From the NCBI GenBank assembly GCA_024704765.1, contig JAKMXF010000305.1, positions 224,682 to 288,681 on the forward strand: a stretch of DNA of 64,000 bases, written 5' to 3'. The translations under genes and the position numbers were made by a program. The notes below the pieces were generated by a model. The model was not told where the DNA came from and ran no database searches. It saw only the letters and a program-made list of their open reading frames with translations. Of this stretch, positions 62,373 to 64,000 are shown in pieces. Origin of the DNA: Oopsacas minuta. Taxonomy: Eukaryota > Animalia > Porifera. Position 1 is the stretch's first letter. Each line of letters starts with the position of its first letter.

Positions 62373-64000
62373 CTTGGATTTAGACACATAAAATCGAGAA
62401 AAAGTAAATAGAAGCTAAGTTAGAATAAAATAGGCCAATACTATTTTACGGTGGTGTGAGAGTGTCAGGTCCGTATACGTAGGTGTCTCTGTTTTGAAGT
62501 ATTTTATCACTTTACTATTGGTTATTAGTAGGTAATATAGTATTGTTTTGTGATACATATAATGTAGGTAATCTCAACGTTGATTAATTGTCGCACACTC
62601 TTTTGATCCAAAGAGATTCAATAAACTTTTAATAAGATTCGACTTTAGTGCACCATGGTCTCAAGATTCCCTGAAATAAGTATACAACCCAATACGTATA
62701 TGCATCACTGCTCAGAAATTTGACAGCAGTGACTATGAGTTGTAACTTTACGAAACGCAAAATATTTGAAAATGTGCAGTGGAACTAACTTTTAGTAATT
62801 CGTCAAATAGCAAAATCCGCCCTTCATGGCCAGAGAGTGCGAGCATTAGAAAGGAAATTCTTGTGAAATACGTTTTGCCAATAGGTGGTTCAAATAAACA
62901 ATTTTTACATGATTCCTGAGATTTATACGTTAGTAGAAATATTTTGCAAAGTTATCCCAATAAATGAGATAACTTATATATAGCTCAACTATACTATAGT
63001 ACAGTTTATTAATGAATATTTGATGAAGTTATAAAATACCAAATATCTAAATTCACAAAATTGTCATGCTATATATAGGTATAATTTCCTGTTACTTTCA
63101 AAAAACATATTCATGATGAAAGGAACTTCAAGCACAAATATCTTGCATCAATTAATCAGAAACTATCAAATAAACTCAGGATATTACACAATGCCATTTG
63201 CTAATAATGATTTTTAGACAAACATAACAGGTGTGAGGTCACTTCACAAATTACATTTCAATCGAATGAGATAGAAGAAACACAACTTTTGACAAATTGG
63301 GATGAGTTATTCTAATATTCTGATTACAACTATGCAGACATCGAATGTTTGCTCATTCAACACTATCGCCAGCTGGACAGTCCACAGAAGAATCGGATAC
63401 TGATCCAAACAACACGCCAATAGAGAATGCTGATAGTATGAAAACATTTCAACTTAAGAATACAGTCCGCACTGCTGATGATATTTTGAGAATTAGAAAG
63501 ATTTGTTTACCAGAGCACATGGCCCAACCCTGACTCATGGGCTTACAATCTTCATGTCGGTGGAGGGCGGTTAAGCTTAATTTGGGGAAGACAGATATAT
63601 GCTACTAGTAAGAAGTGGTTCCAAAAAGTGTTATTTTGTAACAGAAGTGGAAAGGCTGTGTTAACAAGGAAAAAGAGGAGAAAATCCAGGGAAAATTTGG
63701 TTGTACATTTAAAATAAGAAACTAAAGTTGTGTTGAGGGATGGATCATTGCTGGTGGCCACTTGGAACATACAGGTCATGATTTGGTGGTTTTCGCGGGG
63801 CCAGTTTGGCGCCGGCACCTCTAAGGTTTTTCCCAAAGAACTAATAGAACTCGGAGAAAAGTTCAATCTTACTGGATTTTCTACATCCAAAATAAACCAA
63901 ACTTTAGAAAGTGAATATTACAGACGTGCACTACAAATATCATGGAAATATAGTGACATATAAAACGAATTTTCCCCTAGTGTAGAAGAATGAATTCAGG

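Overview
AT-rich eukaryotic (metazoan) genomic window; the repeat landscape is reminiscent of a TE-rich invertebrate such as a glass sponge (unverified impression). The only host gene I can support is a minus-strand DOCK-family (DOCK1-5-like) Rac GEF. Four phase-consistent exons are clear (47245-47592, 33098-33423, 26547-26737, 8098-8218), one more is likely (58778-58985) and three are candidates. They are separated by introns of up to 18 kb filled with mostly dead, often nested DNA transposons: Helitron, P/THAP, several hAT types, Chapaev3 and a Chapaev-like element, MULE, pogo/Tigger, mariner, Tc1 DD34E and DD37E, MITEs, and a Gypsy integrase remnant. The most notable hidden feature is a RAG1-like (Transib/RAGL) transposase relic. 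It becomes one continuous reading frame (11929-12085 joined to 15471-16141) when the inserted P element is removed, carries a nonamer-binding-domain-like segment, and is cut at its first putative catalytic Asp by a hAT element. No rRNA, tRNA or CRISPR array was seen. All protein comparisons were made by eye against remembered family sequences, not by database search.
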